DNA of 41,355 bases from the NCBI RefSeq assembly GCF_001194135.2, contig NC_068987.1:67339327-67380681 (forward strand). Reading direction: 5' to 3'. The stretch's first letter is position 1. The number at the start of each line of letters is the position of its first letter. The notes beneath the pieces were generated by a model. It was not told where the DNA came from. It did not search any database and saw only the letters and a list, made by a program, of their open reading frames with translations. A program made the position numbers and the translations under genes. The DNA is from Octopus bimaculoides (Eukaryota). Of the stretch, positions 25,096-36,091 are shown in pieces.

Positions 25096-25479
25096 TTCAT
25101 CCATCCATCCATCCATCCATCCACCCATCCATCCATCCATCCATCCATCAATCCATCCATACACGCATGCATGCATACATACATACATACATACATATAT
25201 GAGTACCTGCATATATGTACACACTTAAAAGAGAACTTATTTAAAAACGTACATGCAAAGGTAAAATCATTAATATGTGCGTGCTAGTATACAAACGTAT
25301 AGAAACGCCCCCCCCCTCCTGTCTAAAACACATATATAGACTTATATATTTAATATTTATACATTTCTATATTTATTTCAGGATGGTGTATATTTTGTAA
25401 TATATTGTATTGCAATCGCTTTTTTTCTTTCAACTTCAGCAATGAGGAATTAAATCGTCATCGTCACTTTGTGGATGTC

Positions 25480-25657
25480 ATGATCATCATCATAATCATT
25501 ATGATGATCATCATCATCATGATAATCAACATCAGCAGAAGCAGCTGCAGCACTGCCATCACTATTATCACTATTATTATTGTTGGTGGTGTTGCTGTTT
25601 TGATTATTGTTGCTTTTGTTATTACTATTATCACTACTGCTCCTGCTGTTGCTGCTG

Positions 25658-25728
<71 letters not shown>

Positions 25729-25811
25729 NNNNNNNNNNNNNNNNNNNNNNNNNNNNNNNNNNNNNNNNNNNNNNNNNNNNNNNNNNNNNNNNNNNCACCA
25801 CCACCACCACC

Positions 25812-25850
<39 letters not shown>

Positions 25851-25860
25851 GTTGCTGTTG
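25480..25860. repeat. Compound trinucleotide microsatellites (CAT/TTG/CTA/CCA) with a gap
   Basis: Read directly. Confidence 0.9.
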
Positions 25861-26855
25861 CTACTAATTTTAGTATTTGTTGTTGTTGTGATGCTGTGCT
25901 GGCATCGGTAAGAAGTATGACACGAAAGATAAACAGTTGGGACAGGTTGGAAATATGACACAAACATGACAGGTGACATTAGAGAAAAAGAGATAATAGT
26001 GGAAACAACAATTTACAACAACAACAACAACAATTGCAACTACAACAACAACAATAAGAATAACAATAATCACGAGAACAAGTACATAACATCGACTGCA
26101 ACATCAAACAGTCTACATCACAACAACTGTAACAACATTAGCAACGACAGCATCAAGACAAACAGTCAGGATAACAATACATAAATGCAAAAAATAAAAA
26201 AAAAACAACAACGCCAAAAACCCCCCAAAGAACTATAAAATGACTATAGCAAACATGGTGTCTTCTCTGGTAGAAACAAACAAGGAAAAAGATCATGGGA
26301 AAATACAGCAAGCAACAATGTGAAAGTCAGGAAGAAAAGCAACAAAGCTAACAGTAATGAAAATATATATTAAAAAAAAAACAAAAAACAAAAAGAACTA
26401 TTATATGTTCATCATCATCATTAACATCAGCATCTTCATTGTCCTCATGAACGAAAACAAAAACAACAATAGTAACAGCAGTAGAAGGTGCAATAGTACA
26501 AATAAAGGTTTTGAAATAGATTGCACATGATGTGCTTTGCCATCACGTTGTGAAGGAGTGGAATGTAAAGGAGAAGGAAGAACAAAGAGAGAATAAGAAT
26601 TGTGAGGAGAGGCGGAAAGAGAGAGGGAGAAAGAGTGAGAGAGAGAAAGTGAGAGTAAAATAGAAGTGAAAGGTGGGTGTCAAGTAAAAATCAAAAACTA
26701 AACAAAGCAAAATCCACACAACACACCAATAACTTGAAACGAGAAAGCAAAGAGGAAGAGACAGAATATAAAGAATAGAAGGAAAGAGAAAGAGTGATAT
26801 ATATATATATATATATATATANNNNNNNNNNNNNNNNNNNNNNNNNNNNNNNTAT

Positions 26856-26899
<44 letters not shown>

Positions 26900-27166
26900 T
26901 GATAGATGGCCAGATATATAGGGACAGAAAGAAAGAGTAAAGAGTGATGGAGCGATTTGAAAAGAAGTTTGTGAATTCTCTGCCTTGATTGACAATCAAC
27001 AACTGTCTTAATGCATCTAAGACTACACCATCTGATGGGATTTTTCCTCCTTTAAGACGAAACGATGTTATTTGAAGGACATTATGCTGCTATTTACAGC
27101 AGGAAGAGAAACCATACAGAGATCTCACATCACGATAATGTAGTATCCCATTAAACTAAAATAGCC

Positions 27167-27380
27167 TTAAGACCCTTAGCATTTAAACCGGCCATATCTG
27201 GTCCAAATATTCTACCTACTTTATGTCCAACCTGACCATATCCAGCCCTCACTCACAACCTACTTTGCAATGTCATTCTACAAGTATTCAATCCCATGGT
27301 CGAAATCTTGAAGCTATGAGATAATGCACGAGTGAATAAATAAGCATTACATTTGACTAATCTGAATGTTAAAGGTTTAA
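27167..27380. mobile_element. piggyBac-type MITE (~210 bp), degenerate
   Basis: TTAA at both ends; left ttaagacccttagcatt vs rc of right ttaaacctttaacatt; non-coding interior. Confidence 0.5.
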
Positions 27381-27492
27381 ACATACGTGATGGTCAAAGT
27401 TGGAATGCTTGTGCTCATTGTTCTGCTCAGTAACAGTTGACTCGGGATCTGCATATCAAGAATATCTTTCATAATATGGCATTAATAACTCC

Positions 27493-27554
27493 CTTTACTA
27501 TAGACACAAAACTTGAAATTTCATAGGGCGGAGCTAGCCGGCTACATCGACCCC
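27493..27554 (-). mobile_element. SINE family 2-related 3' fragment
   Basis: gacacaaaacttgaaattt..ctacatcgacccc. Confidence 0.5.
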
Positions 27555-27818
27555 AAAATATAGACATACTTGATAAATACGTTATTGCATGTTACAAACT
27601 TATCTATCAAATCTAATCTTATAATATATAACAAATTGCACTCGGTTTGTATTTATAAAGTATTATTTATAGATATACTTGTGATGTAAATATTATTTAT
27701 AGAAAACAAATCTCCTATAATAATATGAATATTAATTCAGAATTTGTTAGAAATATATTAAATAGACTGATTTAGCATGCAATAATTTTGATAATTTGGT
27801 AAATATTAGTTGATGCAA

Positions 27819-27864
<46 letters not shown>

Positions 27865-28600
27865 AATGTAGAACAGACAAAAAACACAACGAGGAGAAAC
27901 CATCAAAACACAACGTACGGTAAAAAGGACCTTAGCATGACAACGGCAAGCAGGACAAAATAGGATACACGGATCATTCGCACTCAATTGCCTCTTCAGT
28001 CGGAATCTAGATTGTCCACATAGTTTCGCCTACTTATCTTCGATACTACTCAAAACCGTCAGGGCCAAGGAATTAATCGAAAAGCATTAAACCTCTAGGC
28101 AAAGCAAACGAATGTACATATGCCAAAAGAAATAAGTAAACAACAGAAAGGGTCTTTCGACCATCGGACAAGCGGAACATATGAAATAGAATTAACATAT
28201 GCAAGGGACAAACACCTTTCGGCTATACAACAAAAGGAAAATGATTATACAATTACAACAAAAATAAAAGAAAACAAAGAGGATTTTTCGACTATCAGAC
28301 GAGTGTAGTAAGCTAGAGCAAGGAAAATAGAGATGGAAAAATCTTAACAGGTCGGGCTGCAGGACAGAGCACAACAGAGCTGACGCGACCGACCACAAAG
28401 GCGGCCGACTGAAAAAGGACGACAATGCCTGAACCGGACAGCGATCACATGGTAGGAGAGGGGAAGAGTTGAAGAGAGCAGTTGGGTTAAGAAATAGGAG
28501 AGCGGAGAAAGAAATCAGAGGGAAGAAAGAATGATAGGGAGGGGAAGAGAGAAAGAATGTGCAAGATAGGTAAGGGAGGCAAGTACAAGGGAGGTAAGTA
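27865..28600 (-). mobile_element. Penelope-like/retrozyme-like non-coding element with tandem degenerate hammerhead-like cores
   Basis: Minus-strand CTGACG..AGGC-GAAAC (28012-28068) and CTGAAGA-GGC..GC-GAA (27962-28009), further GTCGAAA-type motifs, and a pyrimidine-rich 5' part. Boundaries approximate. Confidence 0.4.
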
Positions 28601-28601
28601 A

Positions 28602-29004
28602 GAGATGGGTGCGGAACTGTTGCCGGAGGGAAGCGCAATCTTTCAGGATTATAATTCACCAATTCACACAGCTAAAGTTGTTACTGAATGGCACAAGGAA
28701 CATTCTAGTGAAGTTGTACATCTTCTCTGGCAACCACAGTCACCAGATCGCAATATTATTGAACATTTATGGTGCATTTTAGAAAAACAAGTAAGGAGGC
28801 AATATCCCCCACCATCATCACTACAACAACTGAAGACTGCTTTACCTGAAGAATGGATAAAAATTCCTTTGGAAACAATTCAAACTTTATACGAGTCCAT
28901 ACATCGTAGAATTCTAGCTGTAATTACTGCCTAAAGGACGTCCTACCCCATATTAAAATAAATTTGTTTGAAATTTTAAGGTGTTTCCATTATTTTGTCC
29001 AACT

Positions 29005-29008
<4 letters not shown>
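28602..29008 (+). mobile_element. Tc1-family transposon 3' fragment (DDE C-terminus and right TIR), D36E spacing
   Basis: FQDYNSPIHTAKVVTEW..WQPQSPDRNIIEHLWCILEKQV..LYESIHRRILAVITA; TIR-like end ..ccattattttgtccaactccta runs into (TA)n. Confidence 0.9.
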
Positions 29009-29068
<60 letters not shown>

Positions 29069-29084
29069 TATTGTGGTATGCTAA

Positions 29085-29216
29085 TTTAAACGACCCCGAA
29101 AGGAAAAAAGGCGAATTCGGTAGCATTTGAGATTTGAGCTCAGAATATAAATCCGAAGAAATGTTGTTATGCATTTTGTCCGATATATTAATGATTCTAC
29201 CGGATCGCCGCTTTAA
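29085..29216 (-). mobile_element. SINE family 2 fragment
   Basis: cgaccccgaaagga..gagctcagaa..gcattttgtcc..atgattctaccggatcgccgctttaa. Confidence 0.7.
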
Positions 29217-29440
29217 ATGTGACATTAATCCTGAATGTAGCTTCTTTATTATTGTTGTTATGTTCTAGATAATCTATGACTAAAAGTTCTTATGACCAAA
29301 GCTGCACCAAAAGCAGTCATTCTGCGTTTGACTGCATTTGCCACATTGTACAATGTGTCCCTTAATTTCCAAGACTGTATCGTTTGATTTGAGGAAGGCT
29401 CGAATGATATTTCCGAGAGATCAAGGGAAAAGTTCCACAT

Positions 29441-29661
29441 TACGAGGGGGTCCTGAAAAGTACCTAACTTGGAGTAAAAGAAAATACATGAGGATCAGTT
29501 AACTTTTAATTTATTCAATATATATTCCCCTCTCAGATACACACTTTTTACAATGGTCCTCCAGTTTTTCGAAGCCCTGTAAAAGAACACGGAAATTTGG
29601 GTCTCCAACCTAGAATTTAGCAATACACTTAAAGCCAGGAACTTTTCAACACCCTTTCGTA
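29441..29661 (-). mobile_element. Mariner-derived MITE (221 bp including TA ends)
   Basis: TIRs TA-CGAGGGGGTCCTGAAAAGTACCT and rc TA-CGAAAGGGTGTTGAAAAGTTCCT; interior keeps only a mariner C-terminal-like tail (KNWRTIVKSVYLRGEYI). Confidence 0.8.
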
Positions 29662-30098
29662 TAATGACGGTATAATCCTTCACATCATACATATTTTCGT
29701 TTCCTATGAACAACAGTGATGATAATTTAATTTAAACTGTGAGCGGACAGAGCTCTATCATTCATTTAACCTTGGTATATTGCAATATTTTGTATTGATG
29801 CATCTATTTACCATCTGAATATATGTGATCACAGAACGATAAGCCAATCAGAAATTTACCAGTTTTATAAGGCATCTATGTCCAGAGATGAGTCAGAAGA
29901 TATGAACCTATATACGACAAGGTGACCTGTGGCGCTGAGAACTTTGTGTGCTGATCACTCAAGCAGAACATGTATGTATGTATTTATGTATGTATACTTG
30001 CTCGCATGTGTGTGTATGTGTACGTGTGCGTGCGTAGGTTATGTGTGTGTGTGTGTGTGTGTATGTGTGTGTGTATGTGTGTGTGTGTGTGTGTGTGG

Positions 30099-30129
<31 letters not shown>

Positions 30130-30340
30130 TGTTCAAATTTCGGTACTGCATATCGACGAAGAATATAAAATTGGATATGAAAACAGTGCTATACGAAAGA
30201 AGATCCTTGACATGCTTGTTCTATGTCGTCTTAGGCATATTCTCTTATCACTTTCGCCTTTCGAACCAGCGATTGGTCCGTTAGGAAAAGTACTTCATTT
30301 TACGTTNNNNNNNNNNNNNNNAAAAAAAAAGAAAAAAAAT

Positions 30341-30692
30341 CATGATTTGAGAGGAATTCTTTGAGGCTTGAATAATTCACCTCTGGAAACATGGGTGTTT
30401 TGTTTATCATCCCTAAACAAACTTTATTCAGCAGCATGATTAGCTGCTCGACCAGAAGAAAATTCTAACTGGGCGCCACCTGCAAGGTCATGCGCTGTTA
30501 ATCTTGATATGAGATAACCATGTCACGCATATATGGTTGTGATGCGTGTGCCTGATGTACCCTTATCAGACTGGTAGTCATGATCTGTATATTGGGCTTC
30601 ACATATTTGTACCCAGTATTACTTTGATGGTATGCACTGCTCTCTCATTCAATAATAATAATAATAATAATAATAATGATAATAATAATAAT
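30341..30692 (+). mobile_element. Retroposon 3'-UTR-like segment (family F) with (AAT)n tail, copy 1
   Basis: 310 bp match 31810-32119 with one mismatch seen; ends ctctctcattc-(AAT)n like the RLE elements here. Confidence 0.7.
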
Positions 30693-30843
30693 ACGGGTCC
30701 AGAGATGGATTGCTATATGTCACCTTTTAAAGACGTGTAATCTATGGGGATGTGGGGGTCTGCGATTAAGAGTTCAGATTATAACAATGGCGTTTTAGGG
30801 AGTAATTTGGACATTTTTAGGTAAGAATTTATAAAGAAATAAA

Positions 30844-31022
30844 TATCGTATTTTCCATTATAGAAATCGGCGGAGTACATAGCGTAAATATGTAGAGTAG
30901 ACATTCAAACACCATCACTATCTCCCTAAATCCTGCTGCATTTCACATTGAAGCTTTGGTCCTCCAAAGGCGTCTTGGTGTATAAGTCGACCTATTTTAT
31001 TTGCCTGCAGGAAAATACGGCA
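30844..31022. mobile_element. Possible pogo/Tigger-like MITE remnant
   Basis: Ends ta-tcgtattttcc and ggaaaatacgg-ca are near-inverted; subterminal tataagtcgacc. Confidence 0.3.
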
Positions 31023-31474
31023 TTTAATACAGATACACCTGACACCATAATTATGACTCATACACCCGCACGGATACAAAGTAAATACAGACATATAAAT
31101 GCACAATGCATTAATATGTGTGTCTGTATGACTCTTTTGTAAGAGCAAGTATAACGACAACACAATTAAAAATAGAACTCAATAGCAAATATTATGTCGG
31201 TGGAATATTTATATTTAATTATACGACAAATATACAGTTATTTCTCATCTCAAGGGAAATTTTCAAGCAATTACTCGGATATTGGTTTGTATAGTTAAAT
31301 TACAAATATATATTCGTCGATGATTATAATGGTAAAATATATTTGAATCTTTTTTTTATATTAAATAAAAGTTTGAGAAACTCCTTTAAGAACGAATCAA
31401 TTCTACAATTTAAGAGAGAATTAATTCTGGCATAATGAAACAATAAAAGCAAAAATGGCATCAATAACATAACA

Positions 31475-31625
31475 ACAATAACAACAACAAACCACCATCA
31501 CCACCACTACCACCACCAAGAACAACAACAACAACAACAACAACAACAAAAACAACAACAACAATAACAGCAACAACAAAAACAACAACAACAATAACAG
31601 CAACAACAATGATAACAATAAAAAT
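31475..31625. repeat. (CAA/CAC)n microsatellite
   Basis: Read directly. Confidence 0.9.
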
Positions 31626-31640
31626 AATCCTTTCATCTAA

Positions 31641-31723
31641 AAGCACAAGACCTGAAAATTCGGAGGAGGGAGTAAGACAGACGAAATATCGCTAAGCATT
31701 TTGCACGGCGTGCTAACGATTCT
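31641..31723 (-). mobile_element. SINE family 2, internally deleted
   Basis: gcacaagacctgaaa joined to gacagacgaaatatcgctaagcattttgcacggcgtgctaacgattct. Confidence 0.7.
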
Positions 31724-31741
31724 TGATAATAAATATAACAA

Positions 31742-32119
31742 GTTGTTTGACCTTCACCAGTTGAGCATGTTCCTTGGTGGCTGACGATATGTCCATCTCT
31801 GATCAGTTCCATGATTTGAGAGGAATTCTTTGAGGCTTGAATAATTCACCTCTGGAAACATGGGTGTTTTGTTTATCATCCCTAAACAAACTTTATTCAG
31901 CAGCATGATTAGCTGCTCGACCAGAAGAAAATTCTAACTGGGCGCCACCTGCAAGGTCATGCGCTGTTAATCTTGATATGAGATAACCATGTCACGCATA
32001 TATGGTTGTGATGCGTGTGCCTGATGTACCCTTATCAGACTGGTAGTCATGATGTGTATATTGGGCTTCACATATTTGTACCCAGTATTACTTTGATGGT
32101 ATGCACTGCTCTCTCATTC

Positions 32120-32190
<71 letters not shown>
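31742..32190 (+). mobile_element. Family F 3'-UTR-like segment with (AAT)n tail, copy 2
   Basis: Longer version of 30341-30692; its tail (32120-32190) is the 5' flank of element B2. Confidence 0.7.
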
Positions 32191-32192
<2 letters not shown>

Positions 32193-33739
32193 GCAAAAAA
32201 ATGAGCAACGGGAAGGCTCCAGCACTAGATGGAGTTCAAGGCTACTGGATCAAAAGATTTGGTGTATGCCATGTACGAATAGCTGCACAACTCAGCGCCT
32301 TGTTAAATGCCAACCAAGTAACTCCAGAGTGGTTGACATTGGGTAGGACAGTGCTGTGCTTGATAAACATCGAAAAAGGCAATGCGGTAGACAATTACAG
32401 GCTGATATCCTGTTTGCCACTTATGTGGAAATTATTGACTGGAATACTTACAGAGTCAATGAACGAACATCTGGTAAAAAATGCAGCCCTGTAAACATGA
32501 ACAGAAGGGTTGCAAGTGTAAGTGCAAAACTGTTCTTACAGACAGTAAGAGGAGGAGAAGTAACATGGATCGATATGATCCCACACTCTTGGATAATGGA
32601 ATGTATGAACCTATTTTGTATTGCATTGAATGTTGAGCGATTGCTTGGAAAACATATGGCGAATTCGAGGACGGACCTGACAGCATACAGAAGAAGATTA
32701 GGGACAGTCTTCCAAGAGGACTACCTGCCTCCACTGATCTTCCACTGATACTGTGCTTGATACAACTAACACTGATTTTGAGGAAAGCAAAAGCTGGGTA
32801 TGTATTCAAAAGCCGCCAACAAAAGTTAACCATTTATTATACATGGATGACCTCAGACTTTATGGTAAAGATGCAGCCCAAGTCGGTTGCCTCGTCGATA
32901 CAGTGTATACTTTCAGTGGTGGTATCAGAATGGCGTTCGGACTGAGAAAGTGTGGTGTGTTAGACTTGAAGAGAAGCAAAATCAAATGTATGGATGGGCT
33001 AGCGATACCGTCGGGGAAGGTTATGAAGCAGTTAGAAGAGACGGGCTATAAGTACTTGGCGATTTTGGAAATAGATAAATTGATGGAGAAAGAAATGACA
33101 GATAAATTTAAGGTGGAGTACTTGTGCAGACTAAGACTGATCCTTAAGACGAAATTAAACGGACGGAATAAGCTTGAAGCTATCAACACCTGGGCGGTTT
33201 CACTCCTTAGATATGGAGCAGGGTTACTCGCATGGACAATAGACAAACTAAACAGCTTAGCCAGAAAGACAGGGAAGTTGTTAACTAGATATGGGACGCT
33301 CCACCTCAAAAGTTATACAGACAGACTGTATGTACCAAGAAAAAGAGGGGGAAGAGGACTTGTTGCATGCGAACACAGCATTAGTGTAGAAGAAAACAAC
33401 ATAGCATGGTATGTAAAAAATACCACAACACCGCTATTATTAGAAGTAAGAAAGTCAGGCTGGTGTAGGATGAAAGATTGCAAAGATAAAACACTGTACA
33501 GGCAACTGAAAACGAATGAAACTGAAAATAGATGGGGAAAGAATAGAATGTATGGACAATTTCATAAGGATGTTGAAGATAAGACAGACAGAGAGAAAAG
33601 ATGGCTATGGATGACTAAAAGTGATTTAAAACCGGAAACAGAGGCTCTGATGTGTGCTGCCCAAGAGCAAGCACTAAGAACAAACTACATAAAATACAGA
33701 GTAGACAACACATCAGAAATTGATAAGTGCAGAATCTGT
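32191..33739 (+). mobile_element. RLE non-LTR retrotransposon family B, copy B2 (RT, thumb, start of zinc knuckle), truncated at both ends
   Basis: KAPALDGVQGYWIK, NYRLISCLPLMWKLLTG, MIPHSWI; ORF 32753-33742 with HLLYMDDL (YMDD 32840-32851), AINTWAVSLLRY, DRLYVPRKRGGRGL, AAQEQALRTN, KCRIC; upstream frameshifts and deletions. Confidence 0.95.
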
Positions 33740-33992
33740 TGAGAACTTGTCGAAAGAGGTAGGTGTGATTTTTATACCCTTTAAATCTCGTTATTCCAGA
33801 AATCCAGGTGAGAGAAGATTGTGACAAATCGAAGCGGGTATACGTATGTATAAATATCAGTTTTTGGAGTAATGTTTTGAGTAGAGAGTGTATCTTATAC
33901 AGCGGAGATAAGCTGCAAATTTGCGTCTCATAGAAAAATATGTGATCTGCATGTTAACAAGAGTTGTTGTTCTTTGCAAGAGTTGATAAAGT

Positions 33993-33993
33993 A

Positions 33994-34037
<44 letters not shown>

Positions 34038-34062
34038 GATGATGATGATGAAGAGGATGAAG

Positions 34063-34093
<31 letters not shown>

Positions 34094-34142
34094 CGATGAC
34101 GATGACGACGATGATGATGATGATGATGATGATGACGATGAC
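33993..34142. repeat. (GAT/GAC)n microsatellite
   Basis: Read directly; source of the poly-M ORF. Confidence 0.95.
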
Positions 34143-34176
34143 GGTTTTTGAATAATCTTTTCTATAAGGGAATTTG

Positions 34177-34205
34177 CTTGAAAGAAACTGAGTGGAAGCC
34201 CGTCG

Positions 34206-34253
<48 letters not shown>

Positions 34254-34258
34254 CCTAC

Positions 34259-34290
<32 letters not shown>

Positions 34291-34309
34291 TTATCTGTCT
34301 GTCTGTGTG

Positions 34310-34396
<87 letters not shown>

Positions 34397-34580
34397 GTAT
34401 AACAATGCACGGATGTGTGTGCACCTGTATTTGCGTCCATAACTCTATAGATTGACAACCAGTGTTGGTTTGTTTATGTTCCTGTAACGTAAAATAAAAC
34501 AAGCGCTTGAGTCGATATATTAGACTCAGCCATTCAAGGTGGCGTCCCAGCATTACTGCTCTCTAATGACAAGAAAAATG
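34177..34580 (+). mobile_element. SINE family 1, 3' part, with expanded internal (TCTA)n/(GT)n/(TA)n
   Basis: gaaactgagtggaagcccgtcgt before the array; ttgacaaccagtgttggtttgtttatgttcctgtaac..aaggtggcgtcccagcatt after it, homologous to 7580-7740. Confidence 0.7.
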
Positions 34581-34809
34581 TATGGTGGACAGAACTTGAA
34601 ATAAATTTTTAATTAAAGCTTGTTTTGAATATATGTATGCTATTTACTAATTTTGTCAGTTCCTGGAGGGGTGCACGTTTTCATTCCATTTTCTTTTTAA
34701 TTGGAAATGTCGAAGGGCGTGGGACGAAATAGTTTGAGAACTGCTGACCTAAGCTTACGGTAAGTCATTCATTTATCTGTCTTTTTCTTTTTTCTATTCT
34801 TTCATACAG

Positions 34810-34947
34810 CTGTCTGCTCAAGCATATAGCCATTTTGTGTACATACGTAAAGACCTTTACTCGTTTTTCTATCCATAAATTCAATGCTTACGTATTTGTT
34901 CTTATTTATACCAGCTTGACACTTTTCATTATGATAAGAGCTGGTTA
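34810..34947 (+). other. Candidate exon (138 nt, phase 2-2), coding or non-coding
   Basis: Very strong acceptor ctgtctttttctttttctattctttcatacAG and perfect GTAAGT donor at 34948; one open frame (CLLKHIAILCTYVKTFTRFSIHKFNAYVFVLIYTSLTLFIMIRAG). Confidence 0.35.
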
Positions 34948-35725
34948 GTAAGTGAGTTATAAATCATCCTTTGTAAAGTTTGACACTAAAATGAACCGCT
35001 TAAATCCAATACTAACCCCCTGAATAGTCTTACAAATGTTTACGACCTTCACACAAACACACACACGCACCCGCGCATGCATGAACGCGTATGTATGTAT
35101 TATATGGGTGTGTATATATGGGTGTGCGCATGCGAGTGTGTTTTCATCCCTCTTTGCAAGCATATGATTGTATTTCCCGATTTATTTAATAGCTACTTAG
35201 CTCTACTTTCTTTTGTTACGAAAACATCTAGCTGCACTCTTCGTATTATCCTGTTACTCATATGTTCTCTGTTGAAGACAGCACGCTTGCCTCTAGCAGA
35301 ACATTACATTGGCCAATAGAATCTTTCACTGGGAAAGGGATGCTTTTGATTATACTTGATGGGAGTGACCAGAATATAAGCGAAGGTACTTATATTAATT
35401 GAAAGAGATTATTATCATGAAATCAGAACCAAAGTTTTTAGGTAATATACACCCGTTTGTATATTTAGAAAACTCAAGACGCATTAAACAATGTCATGAA
35501 TAGATATATCGGTTTGATGTCTCTTGTTTAGCCTTTCCCACATATATATGAGTCATAAAGTAAATGATAATTTTTCTGTCATGAAACTGAGTTAAATATA
35601 CTGCCTTGAGAACACACAAATGTCTGTTCAATCACGTCGAACTCTCAGATATGTTTTCATATAGCCTGGTTTTGTTTTCTCCCTGATGTCATGAAATGAA
35701 ATATAATATTATTCAAAGTACTAAC

Positions 35726-35917
35726 GTGGTGAGCTGGCTGACGGACGAAATGTTTGGCCGCATTTCCTCTGTCTGTACGTTCTTAATTCTGCTGAGATCA
35801 ATTTTATCTTTTATCCATTCGGGGTCGATAAAGTAAGTACCATTTGAACACCTGCACCGATGTAATCAACTTATTCCCTCCCACCAAATTGCTAACCTTG
35901 TATCAAAATATGAAATC
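35726..35917 (+). mobile_element. SINE family 2
   Basis: gtggtgagctggc..ccattcggggtcgataaagtaagtacc..ccttgtatcaaaatatgaaatc, in the element's sense orientation. Confidence 0.78.
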
Positions 35918-35944
35918 AGTATTACTGAAAGTAATACTGATTTA

Positions 35945-36091
35945 TGTTATGAGTTTAAATATTGGTGAGTCCAACTTTGCCTTTTAAACTACAAGATACG
36001 ATAAAATAAAGTACCAGTCATGTACGGCGGTCGATTTAATAGACTATATGTTTCTACCAAAGTTTCTGGTATTATTTTAACGTTAGAAATC
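35945..36091 (+). mobile_element. SINE family 2-like, degraded tandem partner
   Basis: gttatgagtttaaat (B-box-like), ccaactttgccttt, gataaaataaagtaccagt, gtcgatttaatagact. Confidence 0.6.

Noticed and set aside
29258-29440. Cys-containing minus-strand peptide (IKGHIVQCGKCSQTQ) and the 60-aa ORF
   Set aside because: Short, weak splice signals, no recognisable family.
32753-33742. 329-aa ORF as a host gene or active RT
   Set aside because: It is part of a truncated retrotransposon with upstream frameshifts, no RLE domain and an artificial start.
34660-34746. hAT-like terminus (tttgagaactgctg)
   Set aside because: No matching opposite end or 8-bp TSD found.
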